Source: Sedimentisphaerales bacterium (lineage in GTDB: Bacteria; Planctomycetota; Phycisphaerae; Sedimentisphaerales; SM23-30). Taken from it: a DNA stretch of 64,000 nt. Location of the stretch: the NCBI GenBank assembly GCA_963666285.1, contig OY762711.1; one strand, given 5' to 3'. The notes beneath the pieces are model-generated. The model saw only the letters and a list, made by a program, of their open reading frames with translations, had not been told where the DNA came from and searched no databases. Made by a program: the position numbers and the translations under genes. Positions 38,701-40,651 of the stretch are shown piece after piece (the first letter of the stretch is position 1; every line of letters starts with the position of its first letter).

Positions 38701-39225
38701 AGACGCCGTAATGGTAGCACCAGATACGTCTATCGAAGCATCCGCCGTCGATAACACAACCTCGTCAAAATCCAGACCCAGATCAAGGCCAAACGTCGAA
38801 TCTGTCCACGCATCCAGCATGCTCCGTGCATCAGCCGTTGCCTTCAGATCTAAGTCATCAACAATAACGGTCGAACCAGATGCAACCGTTATCGACTCTG
38901 CATTAGTTACCTCAAGGTCAAACGAACCCATATCGATCGAACGGATCTCAAGGCTGTCATTACCACCGCCAAGGTCAATGCTCACATCCTCGGTAACCTC
39001 AAATGCGTACGTATAGCTGCCGCCATGCAGCTTCAAACGCAGAGGATCACCCGGGTATGCAGAGTCATGCTCCAATACCAGGTCATTGTCTGAGTCATTA
39101 ACCGTGATCGCTCCATCAAGCAGCAATCGCTGTTCTAACTGCTCAAGACGCAGATATGGATTTGTGTTCTTGTTATCTTCCCGTAAAGACTTCTTCAGCT
39201 TCTTTAATAGTTTCCTGTAACCCAT
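5710..39225 (-). CDS. Giant (11,171 aa) multidomain extracellular adhesin-like protein with LEPRxLL-type N-terminal motif, LktA-like beta-helical repeats, RTX repeats, parallel beta-helix, LamG, Ig-like, NIDO-like and dockerin domains
   Basis: Single 33.5-kb ORF with GAAGGAG RBS. Contains RLEQLEQRLLLDG (~39112-39150), Gly/Ala/Val-rich turns (GVGVAVAIN, AGGFVGVGGAV), GGxGDD nonapeptides (~22890-23800), N.IY.N..GI beta-helix repeats, three PVAY(Y/W)(R/K)L...DE(V/F)(A/S)I(Y/F) LamG domains, and DSNGD..VD..DL..WQ.NF repeats near the C-terminus. Confidence 0.92.
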   Translation of the reverse strand: MGYRKLLKKLKKSLREDNKNTNPYLRLEQLEQRLLLDGAITVNDSDNDLVLEHDSAYPGDPLRLKLHGGSYTYAFEVTEDVSIDLGGGNDSLEIRSIDMGSFDLEVTNAESITVASGSTVIVDDLDLKATADARSMLDAWTDSTFGLDLGLDFDEVVLSTADASIDVSGATITASNVTLSAVSDLDVDTDGFSLSSIKTAVIVGQSNAEVNISDSTITVSGDFTIETDTIIDAFAKAESESGSSSTVDAAIAVNVLLTESLAHISGNTQLDVGGTITVDAGSNVTGLALADGTAGGSGAAGATLAFSYMGGDVQAYIDGTVHTGTAAGAINVLADSTANVRSQAISTRGGAESSGGDSSNDSETEQQLDSNDAETSDGDVQIAAALAVTDFNSLTQAYISSTGAIEAGDVTVRAASSEMGSAWADGSATDGDPGVGVAVAINYVDIDTKAWLGNVDITAGTITVEARKNDRSYEFDPTATDVVDSSGNTINLGANHGLRTGDVITYSAGEGNTAIGGLENGTKYYVIYDDSNPDLIKLAESADNAADGTAIDIDGTAATGTNHGFGRKDYMEAVSKSGAGGGDVGVAGSLAINIINTNIVATINAGASLDVNGADIALTASSKTRSRGRALPDEGASGESLGLGASVVTHLVTNNVKASIGSGVILANADDVTLSATGNHAIDTEAKGGAEASGGTAITPVVAILVANNNTTAIVESGAGALTVTGNLQLNADHTSVVDTVAEGDAEGEDAAIGASLALNSMEDIALSTSNRSITAGGNVRFTTDADTKTVTHAKASAAGAQTESDRNSDASQPDDVDQEAGNQRTAAEGRSTTEGGGEGSTTETPSAESSDGAVVVAAAISINVADARATASIADGVVINAADDFRLVTTANNDNIAIADGSATNSEIGIGAAVAINAGDVVSESVIGAATVNAEGVVVDVLEDNQTHNFHPTNDVVDTEGNETIELGDDHGLKTGDAVVYHTGDGNKAIGGLKDGEVYYVIFDKDAPEKIKLAKTIADANADEAIDLDKSKATGTEHSFEVVDVYIAEATAGAGATDVGVAGAFSLNKVNIKTEASVHTGAAVSADGTDGGSSGQNVIVRAVSSTVSIATANSKVPGSADVGVGASVAMNTPKNTITRAEIQDGASLTNSGTVEVVAEADHIVRTKAVAGAAGDVAVSPSVAITISANTTTARVGTSGSTLNTQGKVEIRADHSSSVITTADAEAAGSDVGVGAAVGVAVSDEIVSATLHRNITTSSGDVQVRSNYNNDSYMEILASAKGNSSSGNDADTEANKQANGNSNTSGQSLPSASDETSSASDSASEESSSGSSGVGIAAAVGVNVYTTTNTANVANGVTISCAEDIEVIASGHTDSYVKAIGKALDSENDTNIAAAVSVNKIAANNTAYVGDSTLTSRDVMIKAEMVSGEQNEYKSWAMAGSNGSDNGISGSVSIIIADTTSTAYIADGATIDSSRHTSVVASVNIGIQNVAGAAALSEGNSIGAAVALNVIDNETVAYIGNADVDVDNALLVKAETKVTPLSVDIPVIGSVDITSVAAAAGASSGDVGIAGSATINLFDHVTQAYIASGAAVNQASSSTSQSVTISAIDNTKINSSAGAVGISTDGAGVGAGLDLDIIDKDTRAYVAANAEVSSGGAITISSDSDEDILSIAANLGIGDSAGVAGSASVQVIRTKSQAYLADGTVGNVAVVSAAGDFNITADGDLKIKLIAGAVGVGGTAGIGASNTTLVHTDEVKAWIGDRAIVEAGGYNGLLVKADSSEDIITIAAAGGAAGDVAVAGSAVVTVLDETTIARVGRLANVTVYSPAWYMPDFKVDAYDNTKIVSVAGSLAAAGTAAVGLGADVGVIDKVTKAYIDSGVIADIEGDIEVRSNSNEDITSVAAGVSVSGSVSVGLDASVHTLNLTTRAFIGDEDGIGSAGPGNVHAKGSIVVDSNDRSELDKVVGVLAVGGYVGVGAAGGVTVSHKTTDAFIGEGALVQADGVNGYFTVSTGGFNVGSVYEASFDPNNAGGQGIEANNSSVTSDSSATMSNSGEVKKPQLSSMNIDSSGGNDVNDPSFSGQRTLSKNTMTGFRGLSVTATNQDNIEAFTMSIAGGTVGVAVSATVNVVTANTTAYIGDNATINGASSGEDALQNVNVAAGSDFYNLAVAGTIGAGAVGVAPAADVNVVNNTTQAYIGANVDLEAQNDVYVQSHSSEDLVLIGFGIAGGVVGVGGAVNVLTIDNESTAMIGSGARVYAGGDVLVYATDVTDLDAISGALAGGFVGVGASVGVVSIDKDTNSYIATNAEVTALGNGTGLGGMLSGTISSGGSGFGTETVNGLVVQAKSVEDIFHLSVAAGAGFVGVSGAVTVTLLDSDTDAYIDSYAEINQEGNNTGASANQSVYVNAANDYNITSFAGGVAGGFVGVGGAVEIGSVKNDVGAYIRNGAIVTAKNDVEVNALSIKELNAYTFSAAGGFVGLAASVSVWSLGEAIDKSYSDDNGGTANPLEGGDYENEEGEIVEVDETADVEAANRSAATNSEVVGALGSYDKDESNPNNSSTKYVGSATQGASDSLAAAAPSSAAIQADINSVPVDTVGTRAAIESNAVIVAGDDINVNANEYVELNFLVGSGSGGLVGVGAAVSVVNIASSVVSHADGILTAGDDISITAKLDEEVSVTVLAGTAGFVALGAAVVDLEDNSSVQAYLGDGATVRNADKITIFADGDQDIDGDTGEISNGVVGVGASFIRLTSNLAIESYVGNNVNIAAGSGQSVEDLLVDADGSIVINAHTLGISTGIGAFSLNFAYVVVGHSVEALIGNNSDIHVNNDVNVFSDFEINGDATGLGTSFGGISVGGMYASIDLGKGNSVYEVVAGVGSNTTIEANALRLKANSEDDILAQSTAGGGGVLAGIAGAFTSMDNDNAAVARIGDDSDIDVSVIYLTSEHNNIFDAKSDAYSFGLAAGSGAMVDSVNTTKSNIIVGDDVDINAKTIVFNTINDFDKNQFANDNNLNSGSAGLGVVGLLMSKTQIGQDSNRFESVITVGSGTNIIAEGTNANPGIFNVESLIDVFAVDNARVESVSGFALTIAKTDITTYTQAEIALNGSYLENNSGDIYLTTHTISKANPSANLMVVSAVTSGSTAKAYVTQNAFNEVTLNNATVKAGDVSIYTGKNKIAVPNILYSFANTEITAFSLLPNLNDPDPRVRIYEHNTVNINGTSQVLALEDVTLTAQEGIGGSERGGTDGLVLSLSLIPYGIDVPNNTVINSYNNVNIGTNAQVEAGINNKSVIQIRPVKVNGSNQIDPSRIGTLLTSGELGLLGIDSGLDYEYAPLVLTDIEFKINQGTIIHVISGASGGGVVGNYYQYMTDIPGVDYEHQTEDFSEDIVLNTEDYSNTSKWKNLGASLTSEEEDEFAVYDSNITQMFANELDGKFYVIKPVSMADPEISYVNLGNILFEQRAEILSWIANHATNAEAVARYQVQLEELDAILDELGLFDNTDPSNPVVRKELDLIFMDLPEIYAAPGSVFIDSDGQSAGAFNSMIGNQIIAHSGAGIEIFNQSPFTMNVNDTVVRDNYRVVLNEGERLVLEPGNVYLNYTPLTSVSDVSDKEINILQYALASSSYDLGSLTLPPLDQDLYITGDVINEDGDITIENKNGSINITGEIRGENVNIIAARDFNLNTDDWLHTNKDPRQYLDYETLRSEVWNESGAVDSEVFNDFVGPIEGLDEAIDSDTSMILAMGSVTVTARYLNINGLIQSGVDVITLEIAADFDPGDTTTSFVDDDGNVLDGMSFGEDNVPVDGYFDAEKQAIVLDEIVPQGGKVTLAGQIFSTGNGEIRVAHGYTSVDIDNNSSYDLILNRIDTTTERVGKITIIDTATLEKTVYEVDGSSVSEEVYTGTLVAGDPNVEDGVISRIEYTLSTTDTHNVTDDIYYEPREGLQYVWTEGQEFTQTTVRKYEKKTFNLFGGATNFEDWLSSDNSYKWQTIEFTDDMPLLESESLVAPGDDEMPSYANGTIYTIYYERQTDIDIDAIPGVTQVRDIATNKVYEFDASAIAREVALVSVDEETGVVTPIVDFEADPDWVYVSDYTGTDFENPAANKYDSDFKNYSITVDEWTTGGGWLRTKTVHTLTTQIEGKKDYYTHTLKADYPIAINFIAGATTPYINIESNGSIYMEDNISSPENGSISLESIYGDVTASNSVAIFGVSPTIYADGEVKVNVEGDKGTLNIYAGADIEVAAVSHDNISSKLKLGEIISSTGDVTITAPNGITADTDSLSRVDGVRVELSASSGSIGSHLSYIQVNSDSYTGDEGGLAAYAKNSIFLHETYGDMKLIEPQNLSVNEGSVVSTNGNVYLTTANGSVYDAYYENFTPSQYLGSDIYIFTNIADGVSIAADKQDYPLSAGMMQYLYPHAEMLGNIPDAPEAEKANISGGTVYVNAGGNDSDIGRVSPTMLLNMSRGYDLMTLEQVVGLASASIEDIIGFTYEFYQYTGSGATGVDLEAEDYSGSEWQKLSTNYITGFDRSTSQGIEIATGQTVLVQYSKEEYGLYRYHGVSGGIDLTQQDFSNAARWEKISSDYNTEDGTVDIANGTVVENKFIVDYLTLRVWDDLEIDAGGSVTLDAGNNIAVEGMSQLNLNQVIASNDIRLSAADSIIDTYQDSDASITLGGNLYISSLTEIKGDSGGAAGDELRIQMAVGGILNATTTGNMNIRQIAEDAVIRGVPYVVNDLTVSTVTAGGSVKLDVDEGDMIVGRITSGTSVELIAQGDIIDFFDDVSVPVVNINTFDSPDPLTGSITITAGGGVGTALNFLDLNAKYSGPVDVDAQESIYLNEVEGDMVVGVISSAMGDVTLIADGSILDAYEGVSGSPSVDVIGDNITMTAINGSIGVLNDNIDIDSAHSGPGVLTATSALDTNVSEPVGDLTLNIVTAGYDATAYIYALADSLLDGNGSDINVSAGLAYLHAGTDIGQATNAIELVVGNIESKSVNGSTWMTNTGAVVIGGVIDSSYGMLAGGLISFINGSPIYVAEDIEARNDIVLTASESMNTGDDLIVADYISIDSLAGSVQLNAGDDVKTGLHSLVSAANDLTLRSGNGNADGFGTDITILGGLSGANVYILGSSLEDHILIDSNSPIDTIGSSVEVMAGDGDDRIEVLNVWKTTATLTIDGGAGDDTIYGSSENETILGGAGDDYISGGDGDDMISGQGGADIIYGGKGNDTIWGFDAASATDDGADDTIFGDWGDDVIYAGIGSDTIYGGLGDDEIYGNLGHDWIDGGFGVDEIYGQAGMDVLYAGYGTGDMLDGGVGDDTLYGSDDGADIILGDDGNDRIFGMAGNDIIAGGDGDDIIEGGDGDDIIEGNSGSDVLVGAGDHDILYGDSNLYYVTVDDNAVDYLFGDYGTDGMEAGSGQDMLYGGGGNDLLYGEGEDDYIDAGAGSSDLVDYGDAGDDSSFTAPSATAAPTLTVADLTNEYATVDLPEGYDQYGRWAEFAGSATGVGLSGINSSSIEPSIVAGSGGEQYTAWADSRNGNFEIYVAVHDGTGWSQLGGSAEQGGISNTSGSSTAPVITLDSSGNPIVAWTESNGIVSDIYAAKYDPSANGGTGGWVAMGSSMSIGGMSSSGNADDAIIVNSDLGPVVVWLDVSSGTSQLYARYFDGANWQELASGSAVSGGISVSASNVTDFAVAVDGTDIAVSWTETVNGYDHIYLKVLDSGSFVELDGSATGDGLNSEDYSWARPAIAYFGSELFVAWEGASSMAGDTISNIYAVRYDSVAGSFVSAGADGLAAGGISDSYGFASEPRLASGGGKLYLVWEDTFGPAGSDGAALYAKVWDGTDFVEELPGDASGAGISITGGEVESLSLSVDSSGRPFVAWQDSSSGEPEVYVRGNLFEVSELAGHGIFYADGTTTTVQGILDGNDLDPGDVIVVSGSNDGFTVAAEDAGVLIWCGMDIAIEGDIFVNADDVILQRLSIIGNVSVSAVSGFGLIDSVVDGNVSLNGSLSSQIMHNTLIIDDGSDDTGTALNIGAGSDVVVQYNVMAGTAGVVLSGESDGLISDNDILSSLTGIEINDAYAGMIEHNSIHGAAVGIEYGASALVNENYIYDNSIGIRSTVSGDVNGLGFVVGSIANEIYGNTVGVNLVNAWVQDQHIFENGTGISGSGQVGGSDFDHANLIEGNGTGIGSFSGLIQYNRIARNDTGISASNDQEIFYNEIYRNNDYGILVSGANDVRIVNNTLYAPIGDNIHLTNSASEVEIRNNILWAESGYDIYVNNNSQSGYFSDYNLMHITGTGKIGYWTKDFYDILDWQQDITRYDLHSVGTTIINPGWSNPQFADIDADNFNIVSVAGKLRMTSPTIDAGDPGSYQILGDLYPNLLLNPGLEDGLNDWDTSVGASTKSSSPVPHEGSSYFYAGTEQEGYIEQDIDLLLAGYTEAELDSGDLRVVFGGRIRCGSEWPEDHGRIHLVFKDSSNLGIHSVLLEAEDYSTLWELVSSSVNIPVGTRFITFRFEADRNSGSTNDSYVDHTFVYVVSENNAPDIGAHGNNYLDVNTAEARINLRWPDLYTDWEYEKSHEIKWETYGNTDDLPVKIDLYVDSPDGPEYLLTIADSVPDTGSYTWIPSLQGSDDLDYGVYGLRIQVSLVGAEAVMDRAAESFAIPEDGTDYYVDDLDNTNDDFTPTAVGSNRNTGKIAGAPKPNVSNILYNYDLRSGQDIIYVDTGDYPMINRLTISGALDLDYGLDEGFEVTGPADATQVASMHPAIPGDQSGAIFDLYNADFISISNLTLYGDQRGVYVRNSSENFNADHVVSYGHAYEGFRIESDSVISTFDGLVAYDNGLDGIYLAGTFVGLINSIAYNNTEAGIRLEQAKGIVVQNNEVYGNRYGIYARNSSSNATTYVGFGSGETVDDGKGNVVHDNTEYGIYTYENVVVAGNHVYDNYGSYGIYLDYKGQAIYNVVHGNDNGIRGRDADLIGNRIYDNVGNGILAVNQTDVQKNVIYSNSTGISATDYYSTYRGVISNNVIYANASRAIDIWNSDMNSSERTQVVNNTIYQPTGNAIRVRGGSEDIQISNNIIWVDNGYGIEVASDSQVGFVSDYNIFQVGTNGYVGRWQEVDQKSVLQWRVATSKDANSLEQDPLFVDPDGADGILGYDGADGGLDDDFHVQSIAGSFHGGSLAAVLDAGGVIPVSAMTVSAVPDTLHSPAIDRGDDEYANTNEPLPNGGFINIGAYGNTEQASLSELEYVLVISPDGGEIWPGEQVFEIKWRSDAILANASAGEADDYSDAVLADGPVGYWKLNDADSTAIDYSVSGLNGTYHYGTQQTAGWFGANTAYYMDSSGDYINIADNAVLKPEVISVEAWINPSSGIANWDSVLSKASNSNWNDGYGLYYYDGMIKFYVNNYTVAQVESAIELDEWSHVAATYDGSELVLYVNGEQVDTLSYSEPISHSTTQLLIGQGTGSSSYSWYGSIDEVAIYDTALTGSQVMEHYLSSYDNPTYVDITLVRTSDPGFEYVIDTNVLNDGFYTWQIPWDDISPVIPAGDDYKIVVTRSDEPVLTDDSNDEFEISEPIRYYYVNDGSTSGDQYTTAIGDDANSGLRPDQPKASIAAILAAYDLESGDTILIDTGEYNITTSIVITADDAGIMLQGPTNIGVDAVINRGNTGSGNYAIELDNADGVTIDHLKIVGAYTGINLSASSDSDDVTISNSEIANNYQYGIFVGTGNDNISITDNTMYGQYYGVRIEVGDSVVSGNKITSSGSYGIYSSGSGNEISGNSTYSNNYGIYVTGPYSEVTGNRSYNNNSYGIYIVNAYGSTVSENRVYANATSGIYADGQNGQPLVVVDSNIVYDHSGSNDSGINLAEYAIASNNILYGNDFGVYARNTSFVENNYVYENRVGIYVNNYSHASFNTVYNNATGIYADDYYSVFYGRIDHNVVYNNSYAGIHLRDSNVNGQYYPQVYNNTVYQIDAPALKLDNSENVEVYNNIFQVIDAPVYSISSDSQVGFDANYNMLSLSGSATVADWAGYSVADRESWFYELGYDQYSIDDMPQFVDPDGADDIQGFSRDVIATYIVDNTDPGFSLSGMWIDRDGGYGGTYKRLEYNTGGGTASWTFEGLTPGSTYEVALTWPYDSGYNDSTVYATVYDGDNAASFAVTSQRESSDGWQTIATIVAETDSFVVVLNAENYTRTVADAARLQEIYGDMGSDDDFHLMAGSEGIDRGKPTFEYSNEPEPNGDRINLGAYGNTAEAALSSDEILQVLLPGGMEKYQTGEVVDINWHSSGYSSTESVDSAYEMAILNDGPVAYYRLGDTDSTVTDDSGNGLNGSYVNDPVYDVEGVFGSGLDGAVLFDANGKYIEIPDPDGDLTFDREVSFSLWFKADELTTTWNPLLYKGISSSSNREYSLWVNSGGYLHLSTYGSGNETLNSPTGSIVAGQWYNVTCVIDRNIGTMAIYIDGEEVARQSISQTDLVDSTGYSLYLNGSRESYATNPNISMDEVAIFDRALTAEEISNNISPFVDNVDIELLDPLTNSVVYTIADDVTTLQNYKWTIGSDVPADRNYLVRVTTNLGSGISGVSYGQFHIANDGNEYYVNIADDTDFSDNEYTNAAGNNNNSGKSPDYPMASVGALLAQYDLEPGDIIYVDTGIYTLQDNIVLAFEDSGVTITGPTEAGHEAVLDRGNTTTGSYAIQFSSADDVTLENLTFIGGEYGVISADSSDSDNIVITNVKAYGNYQAGIYLGNTSDDALITDSEVYLNNYRGIVTRGSRVEIINNTVYGHTYEGIKSEGRWAEILENETYQNNYGIYSSGWESDIEDNISYLNKDTGIYVSAGYDSLISGNRSFANSYAGIRAYGYNNDHRMLITDNIVYGHNGSNDIGIIAESYGDAVNNIVYDNYKGIYSNSSGVMQGNIVYNNITGIDVRNYTDAVGNTVYSNQVGIYAGNYYSSNYSLISNNIVYDNSDVAIWVVTPAKNGYDYSRVYNNTIDQPVGDAIRVHNGNNIVISSNIINVGTGRAYDIGSDAQVNFTSDYNIINITDGGNLAYWGGFVYDELADWFYDIGQDSHSILNSPEFIDVNGVDNIAGYSTTVVGSPIVVDDGDAGFVIIGSDWISGVSGYGGDTLESAKGSGEDYAVWTFSGLTPGAVYQVSASWPGTYNRAYDAAYKVYSDGQILGAAQVDQRYASNGDGGFQLLVTVIAASDTIEVRFDDYANNTIVADAVQLQQIEGNGGQDDNYHVAETSPAVDFGDPLFDYSEELLPNGSRINAGAYGNTSEAAFSTNEIMQVISPSGYEKFEAGQEVSIYWNNSGIPSLNTSDNDYMQAVLDNGPVAYYRLNTALDDDVLDLSGNGHDGSVNGSANYQVEGVYGAGLDTAMNFNSTSSYIQIPDAGGELNFEREVSFTMWFKTDVMKNSSLVYKGDNSSSERSYSLWLDSSGRLTLYSSDGSYQYLQTSSVIEAGQWYNVAAVVDRTEGVMKVYLNGEEIASGSVRRTDMIAFNNPLYLNCAGGENSSYYTNEGMSIDEFSIYGYALSAQDIANQYNARTDLVDIELIDGVSGTVIDTIATGVASSGRYDWTVPDDSIVTYDSEYYIRVTSNQGIYASGQSLRPFQIVNDGTDYYVNIANDSDLTDNQFTTASGDDTNSGKSPDAPMASLAALFRLYDLDYGDIVHVDTGTYDIPVDIVIGSDDSGVVLQGPSDSNYKAVLNRVHKVSATSVISLDNADDVVIENLSLTGAGTAMLLPADSDSDNLTFRNNIVYDNNTYGIYIGSTNDYASIEDNIIHDNVDGLRSEAYGLFASGNEIYANSQEAIETSGNNALIEDNILYSSRYGVYASGSGLTVRNNQVYGNNTYGIYMSTNAADSYITGNVVYDNGTRGIHANSSSNNVLYITGNTVYGHDDSGDIGIFTADSDYVRNNVVYGNYQGIYADTNATVENNRVYNNATGIYLRRGSNAYANKVYSNNIGIYAVGYYSDYYGEIENNVLYDNTDTGIQLLDGGISGSDIPIIANNTVYQTIGDAVKIQSSSHDVIIMNNIFWVDSGYALNIASDSQVDLDIDYNLYNMATVNARLSLWGTTVYDDLPAWQAGPGFDANSIQADPEFVDIDGADNVLGYSTVGVGYDGGIDDNLYLTSDSPAIDRGYSWIGPATDYIGAPRVDDPNAANLGSDDYWAQTSGASGFAIVGDSISLNSSNSYKNVTLPISFPFYGEVYNDVWVSVEGFLQFGSNSNIYEADNSADLLKIRKRIAPLWDNLKTSGGGVYMDSSVADEVTIRWAAYLEADNSEVNFSVTLHTDGTIDFHYGDGNANLTPTIGISAGNGGSFVLTSYNDQANLANADSISFAFAPGIRDIGAYEYLGGGDVTAPTIVDTNPQYVHVEGVSLVSTDSIRLLLSEPLIASDALSAVNYELVNAGANGVFGDFDDSTISLTPYYTPGTSSILLSSNTGTLASGRYMLTVISTALRDFAGLSLDGDGDGVGGDDYVKEFYIDGDTPGVTGVVLIDDTGVSSTDGKTTDATPEIVFTFNEQVAGSAADISVIAPDSSVIVPDRIIWTDNTVTVGFDTDLVLEGQYRITLNADGITDQVGKYLNDGTDYNYYFTVDREAPLVNEVIINSGSAQRSNIEQIRVTFSETLDVQTLINNHTIDDYVKLYSVDNPDEPVDWLDESHFSWYSYYKRLTIDLTVDSFYGSVKSLLEDGTYELRLTVSAFVDSAGNMLSDNDGTADGYLVISRSTSASFDDLFSQVCDSNGDTWVDELDLAYWQSNFDPGGRYSHNVQQGDWNVDGKVDAIDMLLWQENVKPVTDTQSPSVSDVVVNNGEVQRSNVTAIELTFDEETNIPDLIAGGTIDDVVRVYDLIDDASPLGWLTEANYSWNAAELTLYIDLTSDGFGGSEISGLANGRYKVEIDTAAVTDSFGNILSDDDGTADGTLVIDRSTGAAGQDFFALKADSNGDAEVDQDDLSIWQSNFDPVHLASHTVAEGDWNLDGNVDTLDMFIWQQNVTDGPLSLASETIVEPDVKSEKTVDESEADTIEPVVEITLADDPEFVVLSEPVIDVKPVVEVQVENVLLDNVLVETANSEKRVRFAKRPENAISNFDIVDVQVEQTKSVLQPGVSESMEMDDAFIGEINEVSDKSESAVSARSKAVHRSTGLEFIEPLNQVRVIKPASGKVEFSYEKWMIDNTLLNNGKFN
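6290..7470 (-). repeat. Duplicated C-terminal module (planctomycete 'QRSN(I/V)' Ig-like domain + dockerin-like pair) in the giant protein
   Basis: APLVNEVIINSGSAQRSNIEQIRVTFSE...DSNGDTWVDELDLAYWQSNFDP...GDWNVDGKVDAIDMLLWQENV versus SPSVSDVVVNNGEVQRSNVTAIELTFDE...DSNGDAEVDQDDLSIWQSNFDP...GDWNLDGNVDTLDMFIWQQNV. Confidence 0.85.
22890..23800 (-). repeat. RTX-type Ca2+-binding nonapeptide repeat block inside the giant protein
   Basis: Many tandem units such as GGAGDDTIY, GGDGDDMIS, GGKGNDTIW, GGLGDDEIY and GGGGNDLLY. Confidence 0.9.
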
Positions 39226-39613
39226 GACAGAAACTCCTTCTCGTAGACCGTGAATACAGCCTATATTTCAAATTTTCAGCAGTTCATCACCTGGAAATCC
39301 AGGCGCAATAATTCTCATCAAAATACTAAAATAGCGCAGTCAACGTACATATCCCCTCGATACTTACCTTGACAAAACACCAAATTCCTGAACCGGAGCC
39401 TAAAAAGTTGAGGTGTAAAGTTTTTCTTTCGTAATTGAAAACTCATGTCAAGAACATCAGCCAATGCTTCATTACCCGCTGCATAGCTTACTTTCCTTCA
39501 TGCGTTTTCATAATCAAAGCAAATTCTAAAGTTTTCTCAACAACTCCATTTCTCCTTATTCCTTGCATACAATAGCCTTACGACTTCTTGCACTCAGCAA
39601 CAAACTGAAAAGT

Positions 39614-39643
39614 ATTATATCAAATTCTAGACATGTATGTCAA
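39614..39643 (-). promoter_or_regulatory. Consensus sigma70-type promoter for the giant-protein gene
   Basis: On the minus strand, TTGACA (39643-39638), 18 nt, TATAAT (39619-39614), with a TGn extended -10, oriented towards the ATG at 39225. Confidence 0.75.
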
Positions 39644-39834
39644 TGTATTTCAAGTAGATAAGAGAAAATTTGCCCATTTTTTAATCAACTTTTTTTATAT
39701 ATACCATTCATATTACCCGCTTATTATCAAATTTACCACCCCATAACATTATAATTTATTAAGCCGAACTTCCAATTATTTCACACCTCCAACCTGTCTT
39801 AATACTCTCCCATAACCAAAGCTGACAATATTAA

Positions 39835-39870
39835 CAAAAATATAGCGTGAAACAGTATCACCATCTCACG
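39835..39870 (-). terminator. Possible intrinsic terminator after the PEP-CTERM gene
   Basis: Minus strand GCGTGAGATGGT-GAT-ACTGTTTCACGC hairpin (with G-U pairs) followed by TATATTTTTG. Confidence 0.45.
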
Positions 39871-39937
39871 CCGGCGTTTTTTTTACATGCTTTGATCAAT
39901 AAATTATTATTATTTCCGTATCAAAGACAATATCTGC

Positions 39938-40510
39938 TTATCTTCGTCTTGCTAATGCCAGCCCGCCCGCACCAAACATTAATAATATACAAGGTTCTGG
40001 AATGGCGGTGAATTGTAAATCAATGGTTCCTGAATCATATAGCACTAAATCACCAGCATTAGTTTTGATTCCTGTATGATCTTCCCATTGCATAAGCTCA
40101 CCAGTACAAGTAATCCCCAAAATAGGGGTTACCAGATCCCAGCTTTCGAAAATATCTATAGGGCCAAGCCAGATTAGATCTGAACCAGAGCTGCCACTTC
40201 TTGAAAATCCTGCAATCTTACTGTTATTATTTATAAATGTACGTGTTGCTGTTGTTATCTCATAGCTGCCAAGGCCGTCAATATCAATATAAGCATTTAC
40301 ATGATTGACATATTTACTACCAGAATAAGATAACACAATATCATCAGTGTCAGCATAAGCTTTTATTACGAAGTTTCTTCCCAAAAAAGCTACTCCATTT
40401 AATGTTCCGGAACCGGAACCTTCAAAAACATACTCCAATGGAGCCGACTCTAGACTTTGACTATTTAGAAATACCACAAACAACACCAAAAGCAGACACA
40501 ACTTCTTCAT
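39938..40510 (-). CDS. PEP-CTERM sorting domain-containing secreted protein
   Basis: N-terminal signal peptide. C-terminal IPEPCILLMFGAGGLALARRR (PEP motif, TM helix, basic tail). Confidence 0.9.
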   Translation of the reverse strand: MKKLCLLLVLFVVFLNSQSLESAPLEYVFEGSGSGTLNGVAFLGRNFVIKAYADTDDIVLSYSGSKYVNHVNAYIDIDGLGSYEITTATRTFINNNSKIAGFSRSGSSGSDLIWLGPIDIFESWDLVTPILGITCTGELMQWEDHTGIKTNAGDLVLYDSGTIDLQFTAIPEPCILLMFGAGGLALARRR

Positions 40511-40617
40511 CTGAATTTCTCCTGAAAAATTACTTACTCAAAGTGACCGGTTTTACACCTTGCTTTATTGTAACACATTATAGAGCAATCTGTTGCATTA
40601 CTAAATTAAATTTGGTT

Positions 40618-40651
40618 GCCGCCTGCGCTGAGTTCATCAAAGGGCTGCGGC
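40618..40651. repeat. Short REP-like element (CCTGCGCTGAG...AAGGG type) flanked by GCCGC/GCGGC arms
   Basis: GCCGCCTGCGCTGAGTTCATCAAAGGGCTGCGGC, a GC-rich island in an AT-rich intergenic region that resembles the widespread CCTG(C/A)(C/G)CTGAG...GAAGG short repeat. Confidence 0.35.

Noticed and set aside
6170..39016. Dozens of 60-210 aa ORFs on the + strand and in alternative frames overlapping the giant gene
   Set aside because: Antisense or shadow ORFs arising from the codon bias of the 11,171-aa frame; no RBS or recognisable motifs.
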